NCBI GenBank assembly: GCA_964016885.1
Contig: OZ024742.1
Span: 237,274,001 to 237,338,000, forward strand
Source of the DNA: Eledone cirrhosa
Taxonomy: Eukaryota
Direction: 5' to 3'
DNA length: 64,000 nucleotides
Under the pieces are notes generated by a model. That model worked only from the letters and a program-made list of their open reading frames with translations. It ran no database searches and was not told the DNA's origin. Below, piece after piece: positions 38,259 to 51,426 of this stretch (its first letter is position 1; every line of letters begins with the position of its first letter). Made by a program: the position numbers and the translations under genes.

Positions 38259-41200
38259 CTTCAGAGTTAAGAATAATGTAAATAAGTTACAGAGGTAATT
38301 GAAATCAACAAAAATTAAATATATACATGCACGCATCCATATACGTAGATACACATGCATACGCAAAAACACCCGCCATGGGTATGCAAAATCAAGCACG
38401 TACACAAAAAACACGCACATACAGAACCCACGCAACGCCTATAGCCACACACATACGAATGTATTCACCAAATACACATAAAAATATATATATATATGTG
38501 TGTGCGTGTATACATATAATTATATAAACATATATAAATATACACACATAAATACGTATATAACGCGCGCACACACAAACCTAGATGTAAATACACATAT
38601 GTTCGCTAAACGTACATCAACCAAAACACAAAGTACACAGATACACACACCCTACATACGTACGAACCCGCATACACACACAAACGCAAAACTCACGTTT
38701 ACACATAACAATATGCACATGTACCAGTATATATAATATAATATATATCCCTATAACAAATACAAGCAAATATACGTACGAGAAAGTATACGTACCTTCA
38801 TAATACATTCAGGTAATATATACTTACCTATACAAATAAGTAATGGTATAAACATAACATACACTTAGCTACCACATCAAGACGTAATATATAGCGTACA
38901 GTTCGTACTATCCGTTAGGGTATAATGTGGGGCTGTAATACAGGAAAGTTTTGTGCAATTAATTTTTACAAGCCGAAATTGCCTCAGATTTTTTGTTTAA
39001 GATGTGATCTTTGGCGTAGAGTATTTCCAGGGCTTTAGCGGCACAGAGGTCACATGGTCTTTTATTTCTGTTATACGATCAAGCCTTAGCTAGGATCTCC
39101 CAGTGTAACTTATATTGGGTGTGGTTGTCTTTTAAACTCCAGATATAAGCTGAAAGTGACGTCATATTCCTTCTTAAAGGGTTAAGAAAAGAATGGGTAT
39201 GCATGTAAAGACGCTGTTTGAATCTATTGCCGGATAACCCTATGTAGGCCCTACGGGACGTGGGTGTTTCAACCTTACATTTGTAGACAATGTTACTAGA
39301 GAGGCATTTCCCGGATAGGGGGCAGTCAACCCAATTCCTACAATTAAGGTTAGTACTAGCTACAGGGTTGCACATGTTCCTACGGCTAGATAATTTAGCT
39401 AAATTTGAAGCTGTGATGTTATGTGCAAGGTTAGGAGTTGAAGAGTAAGAAATTTTAATGGTATTTCTATTAAAAATTTTCTATATTTATGTGATGAGGG
39501 GAAATGCTTCATAATAAGGGAGAGAAAGATCTTAGCTAATGGTGTGGCCACCTCCATATTATATGGTGGGTTATACCATATAATGCCTCAGGATCTATTT
39601 TTCCTAGGTCTATTCTCATACTCTGTATATGCAACCTTATCGACAAATCCACTCCGAGCAAGAGCTTCATTGTAATATGTGGAATGGTCGCTGAAAATAT
39701 GCTCATTTGTAGATAGACGGGAAAGCCTCAAAGAAACGTTTCTTACCAGGTTCTTGGTTATGCTGGCAGGATGGTTAGAATGCTTACTTTTGTAATTAAG
39801 CGTATCATTCGGCTTTCTATATGGGTAGTGCAAGCCATTCGACAAATTGTGGGTAACGTCAAGGTAATTAATGACCGAGAGGTTGGCCTCAACCTGTACG
39901 GAGAGGTTGAAGCCTTTAAAGAAGGCTGTGAGTACTTTTCTGAACCTGTCGCAAGCACGTGGGCCGCACTTTGTCATGGTCAAAAGACCGTTGTCACGGT
40001 ACTAACCGTCGCCCACGTTGGGGAATTCGTCCTTGATAGAGAAAAGAAGGAAAAGGCCGATAAGATCAGTAACCTCCGCAGAATCGCTGGCGGCCATACT
40101 CACGTCAAATGGGGTACTATTAGATTTTTTAATCCAAATAGAGTCATCGAAATTAATTACCGACTTACGGGCATTGAGGATGACATCAACTTCGAAATCC
40201 TTAACCACTGTGAGTGTTTTAGCGAAATTGATAGCTCTAAGAAGAAGTGGTAAAGTGATGGAGGGGTAGTAATTATTGATGTCGAATTGGATAAAATGGC
40301 TATGTTCCTTGTTGCATATGCCATTGAACCAATCAATCACCACGAAAGAATTGTTCCACAGTGCAAGAGGGGACAAACTTCTAATTTCAGGTATAATTCT
40401 ATCTAAAATCCTTTTTACTAAGTCTACCTAAATCAGACTTCGTAGGGTTAATAAGCCGAATAGAGGGGTTGTTCGGGGAAATTGGATTTGTGATCCTTCA
40501 GGATAAAATGGGGAGAAATAGGGTCCAGAGGTTCAGAGGTAATTTTAAACCCAGCATCGTTGATGTCATTAATGACGCTCCGATTAGTTTTACGGTAATC
40601 CTTAGTTACAGCATTATGTAGCAGTTTATGGTAAGTACTCCGCTCCACTTGATATATATTGCCAGTTTTGTCAGAGTGGACATGCACAGCATTAGAATCC
40701 TTAACCGCCAATAGAACCAAGCAGCGTCTTTACATGCATACCCATTCTTTTCTTAACCCCTTAAGAAGGAATATGACGTCACTTTCAGCTTATATCTGGA
40801 GTCTAAAAGACAACCACACCCAATATAAGTTACACTGGGAGATCCTAGCTGAGGCTAGATCGTATAACAGAAATAAAAGACCATGTGACCTCTGCTCTGC
40901 CCTGCTGAAACCCTGGAAAAACCACATCTTAAACAAAAAATCTGAGGCAATTTCGGCTTGTAAACATAAATTGCACAACACTTTCCTATATTGCAGCCCC
41001 ACATTATACCCTGATGGATACTACGAACTATACGCGGATATTTTACGTCTTGATGTGGTAGCTACGTATATGTTATGTTTATACCATTACTTATTTGTAT
41101 AGGTAAGTATATATTACCTGTATGTTTTGTGAAGGTACGTATACTTTCTCGTACGTATATTTGCTTGTATTTGTTATAGGTGTATATATTATATTATATA

Positions 41201-41934
41201 TACTGGTACATGTGCATATAGTTATGTTGTATACATGAGTCGTGCATCTGTGTGAGTATGCGGGTTCGTACGTATGTAGGGTGTGTGTATATGTGTACTT
41301 TGTGTTTTGGTTGACGTACGTTTAGCAAACATATGTGTATTTACATGTAGGTATGTGTGTGCACGCGTTATATACGTATTTATGTGTGTATATTTATATA
41401 CGTTTATATAATTATATGTATACACGCACACACACATATATATATATATATTTTTTTGTATATATTTTTATGTGTATTTGGTGTATACGTTCGTATGTGT
41501 GCGGGTAAAGGAGTTGCGTGGGTTCTGTATGTGCGTGCGTGTTTTTTTGTGTACGTGCTTGATATTGCATACCCATGGCGGGTGTTTCCACGTATGCTTG
41601 TGTATGTACGTATATTGATGCGTCCATGTATATATTTAATTTTTGTTGATTTCAATTACCTCTGTAATTTATTTACATTATTCTCAACTCTGAAGCCGAG
41701 AATCATTTGGTTTCCTAAATAGAACTTTAGTCTACGACTTCAGTTATGCCATAAACGTAGTCTTTGCATGTAATTGTTCTCATCGCTCCACATAAGGACG
41801 TATTATCTTCGTTTTTTCCGTTCATTGCCAGAGAACGTCTCCACGAACCACCTAATAGAATATTAGTCTACGACTTCATTTATACCATAAACGTGGTTTT
41901 CTCTTTTGCGTCTAATTGTTTTCACCGCTCCAAA

Positions 41935-42122
41935 TAATTGTTTCTACTTTTGGCACAAGGCCAGCAAATTACCCAGTACATTACTGGTACTTTATTTTAT
42001 CGACCCCGTAAGGATGAACGGCAAAGTTAACCTCGGCGGGATTTGAACTCAGACCGTAAAGGGATGTAACTATACTGGAAAGCATGGCGTCCAACTCGCT
42101 ACTGAAACAGCCAATCCACCGC
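41935..42122 (-). mobile_element. tRNA-derived SINE
   Basis: Same family; inserted at a different position of the right PLE arm, with CACCGCTCCAAA on both sides. Confidence 0.88.
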
Positions 42123-42585
42123 TCCAAAGAATGACGTATTATTTTCATTTTTTTCCGTTCTTTGCCAGGGAACGTTTCTACGAATGAAAGTATCGTCTTC
42201 CTGTCTTCCTTCAGTTGCAACGTTTTTCAAAATATTTACTTCTGCGTTCACAGATTGATTTTTTGAGTTTCAGAAGATCCCGTTAAGGGTGAAAGCACCG
42301 ATTCTTTGCTTAAACTTTAATCTTTTAAAAAATATTTGCTCTACGGTTCTTATATATTTGATATATATTTATCCTTATCGAGCCCTCTTTGGATTTTAGT
42401 CTTCAAATTTATTATTATTACTATATATATATACATATATGTAGGAATCAGGAAAACTGCCTTCTATCCAGGAAATGCCTATCCAGTAATATTGTCTACA
42501 AATGTAGGGTCGACATCTAGTAGGGCCTGCATACGGTTTGCATAAAACTTTCCTGTATTACAGCCCTACATTATATCCTAATAGA

Positions 42586-45080
42586 TAAATGAAGAACAGA
42601 TAGAGACATTTAACGTAGAAGAGAACTGGGAGTTCCTAAAAAATAACTTACTAGAGGCGACGGATGAGGTTTGTGGCTGGAGTAAGACCTCAAGCAGGAG
42701 GAGAGTGACTTGGTGGTGGAACAATAAGGTAGATGAAGCAGTCAAGGCCAAGAGACAGGCATGGAAAGAATGGAAGAACGGGGGGAGCAGGTTACATTAC
42801 ATAGAGACCAAGAGGGAAGCTAGGCGACAAGTATACTTAGCTAGGAGGGAAGCAGAGGATAGAAAATTCAAGCATGTTTTACAACGTGAGGACCAGAAAC
42901 AGGAGGTATTCAAGATTGCGAGGCAGTGTGTCAGAGATAGTTGTGATGTCATTGGAGAGAAGTGTATCCGGAATGATAAAGGTGAGCTTGCCCTCACAAG
43001 TGCTGAGAAGAAAGATGCATGGAAGAGTCATTATGATAGATTACTAAATGAGGAGAATGCATGGGAAGAAGAGACCCTACCCCACGTAGACCCTATAGAG
43101 GGACCAGCAGTACAAGTCAGCGGCAGCGTAGTAAGTAAGGCAATCAGAGATATGAAGATAGGGAAGGCAACCGGTCCATCGGGTATAGCTGCCGAGATGC
43201 TGAAGGCATCTGGGTCTGTAGGTCACACTATAACCACACGTATCGTTAACCAGGTAATACTAGAGGGGGCCATACCAAAAGATTGGTGCAGTAGCATCAT
43301 TGTCAACTGCTACAAAGGTAAAGGCGATGCACTAGATAGAGGAAACTATAGAGGTATAAAGTTGATGGACCAGGTCATGAAAGTAACAGAAAGAGTTATA
43401 GCACAGCTGATTAGGGACCGGGTGAATATAGACGAGATGCAATTTGGGTTTGTACCAGGGAAAGGCACCACTGATGCCCTCTTCCTTGTGAGGCAATTAC
43501 AGGAAAAGTACCTAGCTAAAAGTAAGCCACTCTACTTGGCATTTGTCGACCTTGAGAAAGCCTTTGACAGAGTTCCACGTGCAGTAATCTGGTGGGCTCT
43601 TAGAAAACTAGGAGTAGATGAATGGCTTGTGAAAGCGGTACAAGCCATGTATAGGGGAGCAGTCAGCAAAGTTAGGATTGGCAATGAGTATAGCGAGGAA
43701 TTTAGCGTACAGGTTGGGGTCCACCAGGGCTCTGTTCTTAGCCCTCTCCTGTTCATCATAGTCCTGCAGGCAATAACGGAGGAGTTTAAGACCGGATGCC
43801 CATGGGAACTCCTGTATGCTGATGACCTCGCACTCATAGCTGAATCTATGGTAGAACTAGAGAATAAATTCCAAACCTGGAAGCAGGGACTAGAGAGAAA
43901 GGGCCTCAAAGTCAACATGACAAAGACTAAGGTCCTTATAAGTAGACGAGAAAACAGAACCCAGATCCCCTCAGGGAAATGGCCTTGCTCAGTATGTAGG
44001 AAAGGTGTAAGTAGGAACTCCATTCTTTGCCCCAAATGCAAACAATGGGTACACAAGAGATGTAGCGGGATCTCAGGAAGCTTAATTAAGAATGTAGGAT
44101 TCACATGCAGCAGCTGTGCTGAAACAGCAAGCAAACAGCCACAGGAAACAAGTACCACCAATCTCTGGGAGGGCCCTGTAGAAACAGTAGACAGCTTCTG
44201 CTACCTAGGTGACCGAATTAGCAACGGAGGTGGGTGCTCAGAAAGTACAATAACTAGGGTAAGAACGGGATGGAAGAAGTTTAGGGAACTACTACCACTG
44301 CTAGCTGCAAAAGGCTTCTCCCTCAGAATGAAAGGCAGACTGTATGATGCGTGTATCCGAACAGCGATGTTGCATGGTAGTGAGACCTGGGCGCTGAAGG
44401 TGGAAGACTTACGTAGATTAGAGAGAAACGAAGCCTGCATGCTCCGATGGATGTGTAACAGTAATATACGTGAACGACAAAGCATAAATGAATTGAGAGA
44501 GAGACTGAGCATAAGAGGAATCAAATGCTGCGTGCAGGAGAGGCGGTTACGCTGGTATGGACATGTGATGCGTATGAAGGATGACAGCTGCATAAAAAGG
44601 TGCAGAGCACTAGAAGTTGATGGAAACCGCGGAGTGGGGAGACCCAAGATGACTTGGGATGAGGTGATAAAAGCCGACCTTACCCAACTACACCTCTCAA
44701 AGTCAATGACACACGACCGTGACTTCTGGCGTCACGCAGTAATACAGGGTACCCGACCTCCCATGGGTACATGCTGAAGCATATAAACAATATGCCCCCC
44801 CCCCCCACCGCAAGGTGGTCGTGGAGGTGCCACGGCAAAAAAGCACCCAGCCCACACTGTAAAGTGGACGTGTAGGCGCCACGAAAAAGCACCCAGCACT
44901 CACTGTAAATGAGGTTGGTGTTAGGAAGGGCATCCAGCTGTAGAAATCAAGCCAGATCAGTTCCTGTATGAGCAAGGCATGGTCAGCCGACCAGACACTG
45001 CCCACAACAGGACAACCCGTCTAACCCATGCTAGCGTGGAAGAACGGACGTAAAACGGTGATGATGATGATGATGATGAT
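42586..45080 (+). mobile_element. Young 5'-truncated RTE LINE (subfamily A), open RT ORF 42705-44777
   Basis: 690-aa ORF with a full set of RT motifs; (GAT)n tail. Confidence 0.95.
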
Positions 45081-45232
45081 ACTACGGACAATGCTGATAA
45101 TATATGTTATGATGTGGTAGCTATGTATATTTTATGTTTAAACCATTATTTATTTCTATATGTATATCCACCTTATCCATATGTTTGTGTAAGTGTGTAT
45201 ATTTTAGGTGTATATATATGTGTGTATGTGTT

Positions 45233-45266
<34 letters not shown>

Positions 45267-45299
45267 CGTGTGTATATATGTATGTGTGTGTGTATTTAT

Positions 45300-47930
45300 A
45301 TAGGACTATCCTCAGGAGAAAAATATGGAAGCTAAAGGACCCCACAACCAGTAATAAATTTAAAAGCATATTACTTGATGCATTTGACAGTAAGGAAGAG
45401 CAATTAGAGTCGTACAATATAGAGGAACAGTGGGATTTCCTGAAAGCTAACCTGCTGAAGGTGGCAGATGAAGTCTGTGGCTGGAGCAGACCTATAGGCA
45501 GGGGGAGAGTAATGTGGTAGTGGAACAGTAAGGTGGAGAAGTCAATCAAGGCCAAACAGCAAGCTTGGAAAGTATGGTGGGATGGGGGAAGTAGAGAAGA
45601 CTATCAAGTGGCCAGGAGGGAAGCTAGGAGACAAGTGTACTTCGCAAGAAGGAAAGCAGAGGAAAGAAAGTTCAAGCATGTTCTACAACGCAAGGACCAA
45701 AAACGTGAGGTGTTCAGGATTGCTAGGCAATGTGTCAAGGAAAACCGTGATATTGTCAGGGAGAAGTGTGTCCTTAATGATGATGGTGTACTTGCCATCA
45801 CTGACGCTGATAAGAAGGTAGCTTGGAAGTGTCACTACGAAAGGCTACTAAATGAGGAGAATAAATAGGAGAAAGAGTCTCCCCCACATCGATCCAATAG
45901 AGGGACCAGCAGTGCAAGTTGAAGGTAGTATAATAAGTAAGGCAACCAAAGATATGAAGACGGGTAAGGCGGCTGGGCCTTTGGAAATAGTTGCTGAAAT
46001 GCTGAAAGCATCTGGAACGGTGGGACACACTATGGTTACCCGGATAGTAAACCAAGTCATACAGTATGGGGTCGTTCCGAAGGACTGGCGTAGCAGCATC
46101 ATCATTAACTGCTACAAGGGTAAAGGAGATGCCCTAGATAGGGGTAACTATAGAGGCATTAAATTAATCGACCAGGTCATAAAGGTCACAGAAAAAGTAA
46201 TAGCGCAACTAATCAGAGAGCGAATTGATATAGATGAAATGCAGTTCGGGTTTGTGTCAGGTAAAAGTACCACAGACGCTCTTTTCATTGTACGACAACT
46301 ACAGGAGAAGTACCTAGCTAAAAGTAAACCCCTATACTTAGCTTTTGTTGACTTGGAGAAAGCCTTTGACAGAGTCCCCCGCTCCATTATCTGGTGGGCT
46401 CTTAGAAAACTAGGTGTTGATGAATGGCTTGTGAGAGCTATACAAGCCATGTATAAAGAAACAGTCAGCAAGGTTAGAATTAACAACGAATATAGTGAAG
46501 AGTTTAGCGTAAAAATTGGTGTTCATCAGGGCTCCATTCTTAGCCCCCTACTATTTATTATTGCCCTTCAGGCTATAACAGAGGAGTTCAAGACCAGCTG
46601 CCTATGGGAACTCCTATACGCAGATGATCTAACACTCATAGCTGAATCAATAGCTGAACTAGAGAAGAAATTCCAAACATGGAAGCATGGCCTAGAATCA
46701 AAAGGCCTTAAAATTAACCTGTCTAAGACTAAAGTTCTAGTTTGTAGGAAGGAAAATAGGGCACCGGTCCCATCTGGGAAATGGCCATGCTTATGTCCCA
46801 AATGCAAAGAATGGGTGCATAAAAGATGTAGTGGGATCACAGGTAAGCTAACTAAGAATATAGATTTTATATGTGGCCGGTGCTCTGGTGCAATAAGTAG
46901 CAGCAAGTGCCCACAGAATACTAGCTCATTCCATTGCACAGATGGTTCTATAGAAATAGTGGACACCTTCCGTTACCTGAGTGACAAAATCAGCAGTGGT
47001 GGAGGGTGCTCTGAAAGTACAGTAGCTAGAGTCAGAACAGGATGGAAAAAGTTCAGAGAGCTTATACCGCTATTGGCCGCTATAGGGTTCTCTCTAAAAA
47101 TGAAAGGCAGGCTGTATGATGCCTGCATACGAACAGCAATGTTACATGGCAGTGAGACCTGGGCATTGTGTGCAGAGGATATACGCAGACTGGAGAGGAA
47201 CGAAGCTTACATGCTCTGCTGGATATGTAATAGTAATATACGTGAACGGCAAAGCATAAACGAATTAAGGGAGAAATTAGGAATAAGAGGATCAGATGTT
47301 GTTTACTCGAGAGAAGACTACGTTGGTACGGTCACGTGATGTGCATGAAAGACGACAGCTGTATAAAAAAGTGCAGGGCGATAAAAATAGACGGTAGCCA
47401 CAGAGTAGGCAGACCCAGAAAAACCTGGGACGACTTGATAAATTCAGACCTCACACACTTACACCTCTCCAAGACAATGTCACTGGACCAAGATCTTTGG
47501 CGCTACACAGTAATACAGAAGACCCGCCTTGCCTAAGTACAAAGCGAAACCTACAGTCAGTAGGCACCTCTAACAAAAATACACCCCCGTCCCACCACCC
47601 ACACCCTATCCACACCGCCCCTTTCAATGTAAAGTTATGTTGGTACCACAACATCCAGTCCGAAATAAATGAGGTCGTGTAGGTGTCACGACAAAAAAAC
47701 ACACAGTCCATGCTGTAATGTGCCCGTGTAGGTAACATGGTAAAAACCTCCCAGTCCACACTGTAAATGTGGTTGGTGTTAGGAAGGGCATCCAACTGTA
47801 GAAAACCCGCCAGACAGTCCTATATGAGCAAGACAACCACTCTTGCCTCAAGTGGGACAATTCTCATCTAAACCCATGCTAGCGTGGAAGATGGACTTTA
47901 AACGATGATGAGGATGATGATGATGATGAT
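45300..47930 (+). mobile_element. 5'-truncated RTE LINE (subfamily C)
   Basis: ORFs 45533-45868 and 45852-47339; (GAT)n tail. Confidence 0.93.
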
Positions 47931-48142
47931 ATATATAAACACACCTATACACAACCATGTATACATATATACACGCAATATATACACACATATATTTATT
48001 ACCTTTGCAACTAGGAGTGTGCACATGTTCATGTATGTGAATGCACTTACTGAACATCTATGAGTGGGTATTTGCATATATACACGTGCATGCGTATTCG
48101 TGTGTATATGTATGCATACGTGTATATGTATGTGTGTATATG

Positions 48143-48195
<53 letters not shown>

Positions 48196-48207
48196 ATATG
48201 TATATAT

Positions 48208-48850
48208 GTCATCATCATCATCACCGTTTTACGTCCGTTCTTCCACGCTAGCATGGGTTAGACGGGTTGTCCTGTTGTGGGCAGTGTCTGGTCGGCTGAC
48301 CATGCCTTGCTCATACAGGAACTGATCTGGCTTGATTTCTACAGCTGGATGCCCTTCCTAACACCAACCTCATTTACAGTGAGTGCTGGGTGCTTTTTCG
48401 TGGCGCCTACACGTCCACTTTACAGTGTGGGCTGGGTGCTTTTTTGCCGTGGCACCTCCACGACCACCTTGCGGTGGGGGGGGGGGGCATATTGTTTATA
48501 TGCTTCAGCATGTACCCATGGGAGGTCGGGTACCCTGTATTACTGCGTGACGCCAGAGGTCACGGTCGTGTGTCATTGACTTTGAGAGGTGTAGTTGGGT
48601 AAGGTCGGCTTTTATCACCTCATCCCAGGTCATCTTGGGTCTCCCCACTCCGCGGTTTCCATCGACTTCTAGTGCTCTGCACCTTTTTATGCAGCTGTCA
48701 TCCTTCATACGCATCACATGTCCATACCAGCGTAACCGCCTCTCCTGCACGCAGCATTTGATTCCTCTTATGCTCAGTCTCTCTCTCAATTCCTTTATGC
48801 TTTGTCGTTCACGTATATTACTATTACACATCCATCGGAGCATGCAGGCT
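48208..48850 (-). mobile_element. RTE subfamily A 3' fragment
   Basis: Near-identical reverse complement of ~44432-45070. Confidence 0.93.
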
Positions 48851-48964
48851 TGTGTATATGTGTATATGTGTATATGTATATATGTGTATATATGTGCATA
48901 TATATGTGTATATGTATGTGTGTATATATATATATATGTATATAAGTATATGTATGTATATGTA

Positions 48965-49190
48965 TGTGATGCACATGGGGGATGAAAGCTGGGGAAAGAA
49001 GTGCCAAGACGCAGTAGAGGAAGACAACGAAAAACATGGGCGGAGGTGGTGAGAGCAGACCTCAGATCGCTGCAGCTCACAGAGGAGATGACGAAGGACC
49101 GTGACAAGTGGAGAGATGCTATGCTGAATAGGACCTGTCCTACCCTTGCAAGCAGGGAAAAGCAGACGTAAAATGATGATGATGATGATG
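48965..49190 (+). mobile_element. RTE subfamily B 3' end
   Basis: KTWAEVVRADL motif and (TGA)n tail. Confidence 0.85.
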
Positions 49191-49299
49191 TGTATGTATG
49201 TGTGTAAATGTGCACATATATATATGTATGCGTAAGCACATACTTATGCACGTGCCTAAATCTTATAACAATACTTTAATGTTCTAATCATTATTTACT

Positions 49300-49675
49300 T
49301 TTACTATTATTAGTAACCTCTGTCATTTTCATTTAATAATTTTATTTACATTATTCTCAAACTCCGGAACTGGAAATCATTCGGTTAGTCTAAATAGAAT
49401 TTTAATCTAATGATTTCTTTTATAGCATAAATGTGGTTTTGTCTTTGCAAGAAATTGTTCTTCTCGCTCATAACGACATAATTATCCTCGCTTTTTTCCA
49501 TTCATTGCCAGGGGATGTCTTCACGAATCAACGTATCATCTTCCTGTTTTCCTCCGGCTGTAACGTTTTTTGAAATATTTACTTCTGCGTCAACACATTG
49601 ATTTTTTTCACTTTCAGAAGATCCTGTTATGGGTGAAAGCAGCGATTCTTTGCTTAAACGTTAATCTGTTCTTAT
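49300..49675 (+). mobile_element. pLTR of the 37612-42322 PLE family (older copy)
   Basis: Colinear with ~41640-42322; ends at (TA)n(GA)n. Confidence 0.8.
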
Positions 49676-49676
49676 A

Positions 49677-49751
<75 letters not shown>

Positions 49752-49964
49752 ATTACATTTTAAAGAAGATGCTCTACATAGTTTCAGTTGATGGCATCAA
49801 ATGGTGTCCAATGTTCATTGGATATTTCAATCCTTAATTATTGCATCCTCTGATACTTTATTTTATCGACCCCATAAGGATGAAAAGCAAAGTCAACCTC
49901 GGCAGGATTTGGTAGTTAAGACGGGGTTAAATCACCATAATTGTTTAGTGCATTATATATATTT

Positions 49965-51347
49965 ATGTTTGGTTGTCCGATTCAACCGAGCACCTGTACA
50001 CTAGGTTTGAATGCAAACATTCGTTATTCAATGGACAAGTCTCTGGAAGGTGGCAATTACAATTTCCGTTATGGGCAGTGGTGGAGTTATTCCACTGCAC
50101 CAAACCTAGACGCACACATTAAGATGCTCAATGCCAAAAAACTCCGTAACAACAACACCCCAATCACTCAACACAATAATACACCTAATACACAACCACC
50201 CACTAACAAACAGTATGCACAAAACACACTCACACACACATCCCAGCCCACCTATAACTCCACCACTGCCCATAACAGAAATTGTAATTGCCACCTTCCA
50301 GAGACTTGTCCATTGAATAACGAATGTTTGCATTCAAACCTAGTGTACAGGTGCTCGGTTGAATCGGACAACCAAACCTGGCACTACATAGGCAGCACTG
50401 CAAACACCTTCAAAACTCGTTGGTACACGCATCGTTATGCAATAAAGCACCCCCAACACCGTTACGTAACGACCCTCGCCGACAAAATTTGGCACTTAAA
50501 AGGGAGTAACCGACAATACACCCTTAAATGGACCAAACTCTCACATGCCCCTCCATACCGGAGTGGGATGAAAACGTGCCCGTTGTGTAATAATGAGCTC
50601 TTCCATATCCTAAGCTCAGGCCACCAACTACTCAACAACAAAATTGAAAGGTCAATCTTTTGCTAGCATAAACTGAAAGCGAAATTCTCACACTTCAAAC
50701 CTTCAACTAAACCTTAACACTACTTTTCTACCCTAAATAACAATTCTACACTCCTAAAAATAGACTATATATGAAATTTAATACTTTCTTCCTTCATCTA
50801 TTCTCTGGTAAAACTTTTGCCTGTCCACTACCAACTGCCACTTAAAATTCTATCTTCCTTATCTCTCCCTCTACTCATCACAACTTTTAGCACACAATCC
50901 TCCTCCCCCTCCCTTCTTGTAACTTAACTATATTCTATACAAATCCTCTCACACCACCCTATCTCTTTCTCTTTCTCTCCCTACCTTCGTCCCTTTTCTC
51001 TCTCTCTCTCCCTCTTTTTTGCCCCTCTCTCTCTCTGTTCCTCTATCTTACACTTCATTTCCTAAGGTCATTTCAACTTTGTATTTTGAAAATTCGGATG
51101 TCACAGTATCTTTCTTGATTGCCTATTATGACATAGTGTAGCAATAATGGACTGAAATTCTGATGAAACAATTGTTAATGCGTGGATTAAATCCTTTTGT
51201 AACTGTTTACATTCGTCCTATTTCTCTTTTTTGATTACACTCCTCGTTTGTTTCCACAGAATCCCTACCAACCTGTAGTCACCTTAACATATGTTGATAA
51301 CTTTCCTCACAACTTGTTCTACAAAGCTTTGGAATATTCCTAATTAC

Positions 51348-51350
<3 letters not shown>
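49965..51350 (+). mobile_element. PLE 3' fragment (GIY-YIG) with 5' inverted duplication
   Basis: CNC..CPL..ECL..LVYRC..YIGST..FKTRW..H..CPLC motifs; ~49966-50090 is inverted relative to ~50254-50378. Confidence 0.88.

Positions 51351-51424
<74 letters not shown>

Positions 51425-51426
<2 letters not shown>

Larger units (their letters stand above)
37612..42322 (-). mobile_element. Penelope-like element with ~1.6-kb inverted repeats
   Basis: RT (LKDHK, FDINNYYPSI, AEVTDLIG) and GIY-YIG (IVYKC..YIGLS..FKQR) at ~38900-40720. Arms ~37612-39217 and ~40722-42322 are reverse complements. Confidence 0.92.

Noticed and set aside
42705-44777. Autonomous LINE or domesticated RT gene
   Set aside because: 5'-truncated, lacks the APE domain and a native start, and retains the tail; simply a young copy.
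37210-49251. Many Y/I/H/T/C/V-rich ORFs
   Set aside because: Translations of (TA)n/(TG)n repeats or chimeras across element junctions.
9981-50666. Selenocysteine recoding, as reported for some Naiad PLEs
   Set aside because: The conserved Cys positions I read in the GIY-YIG fragments are TGY codons; the stops seen are at other positions and look like decay.
51120-51185. CTGATGAAACAATTGTTA hammerhead candidate in a PLE 3' UTR
   Set aside because: CUGAUGA and GAAA overlap, leaving no stem II; no convincing alternative core.
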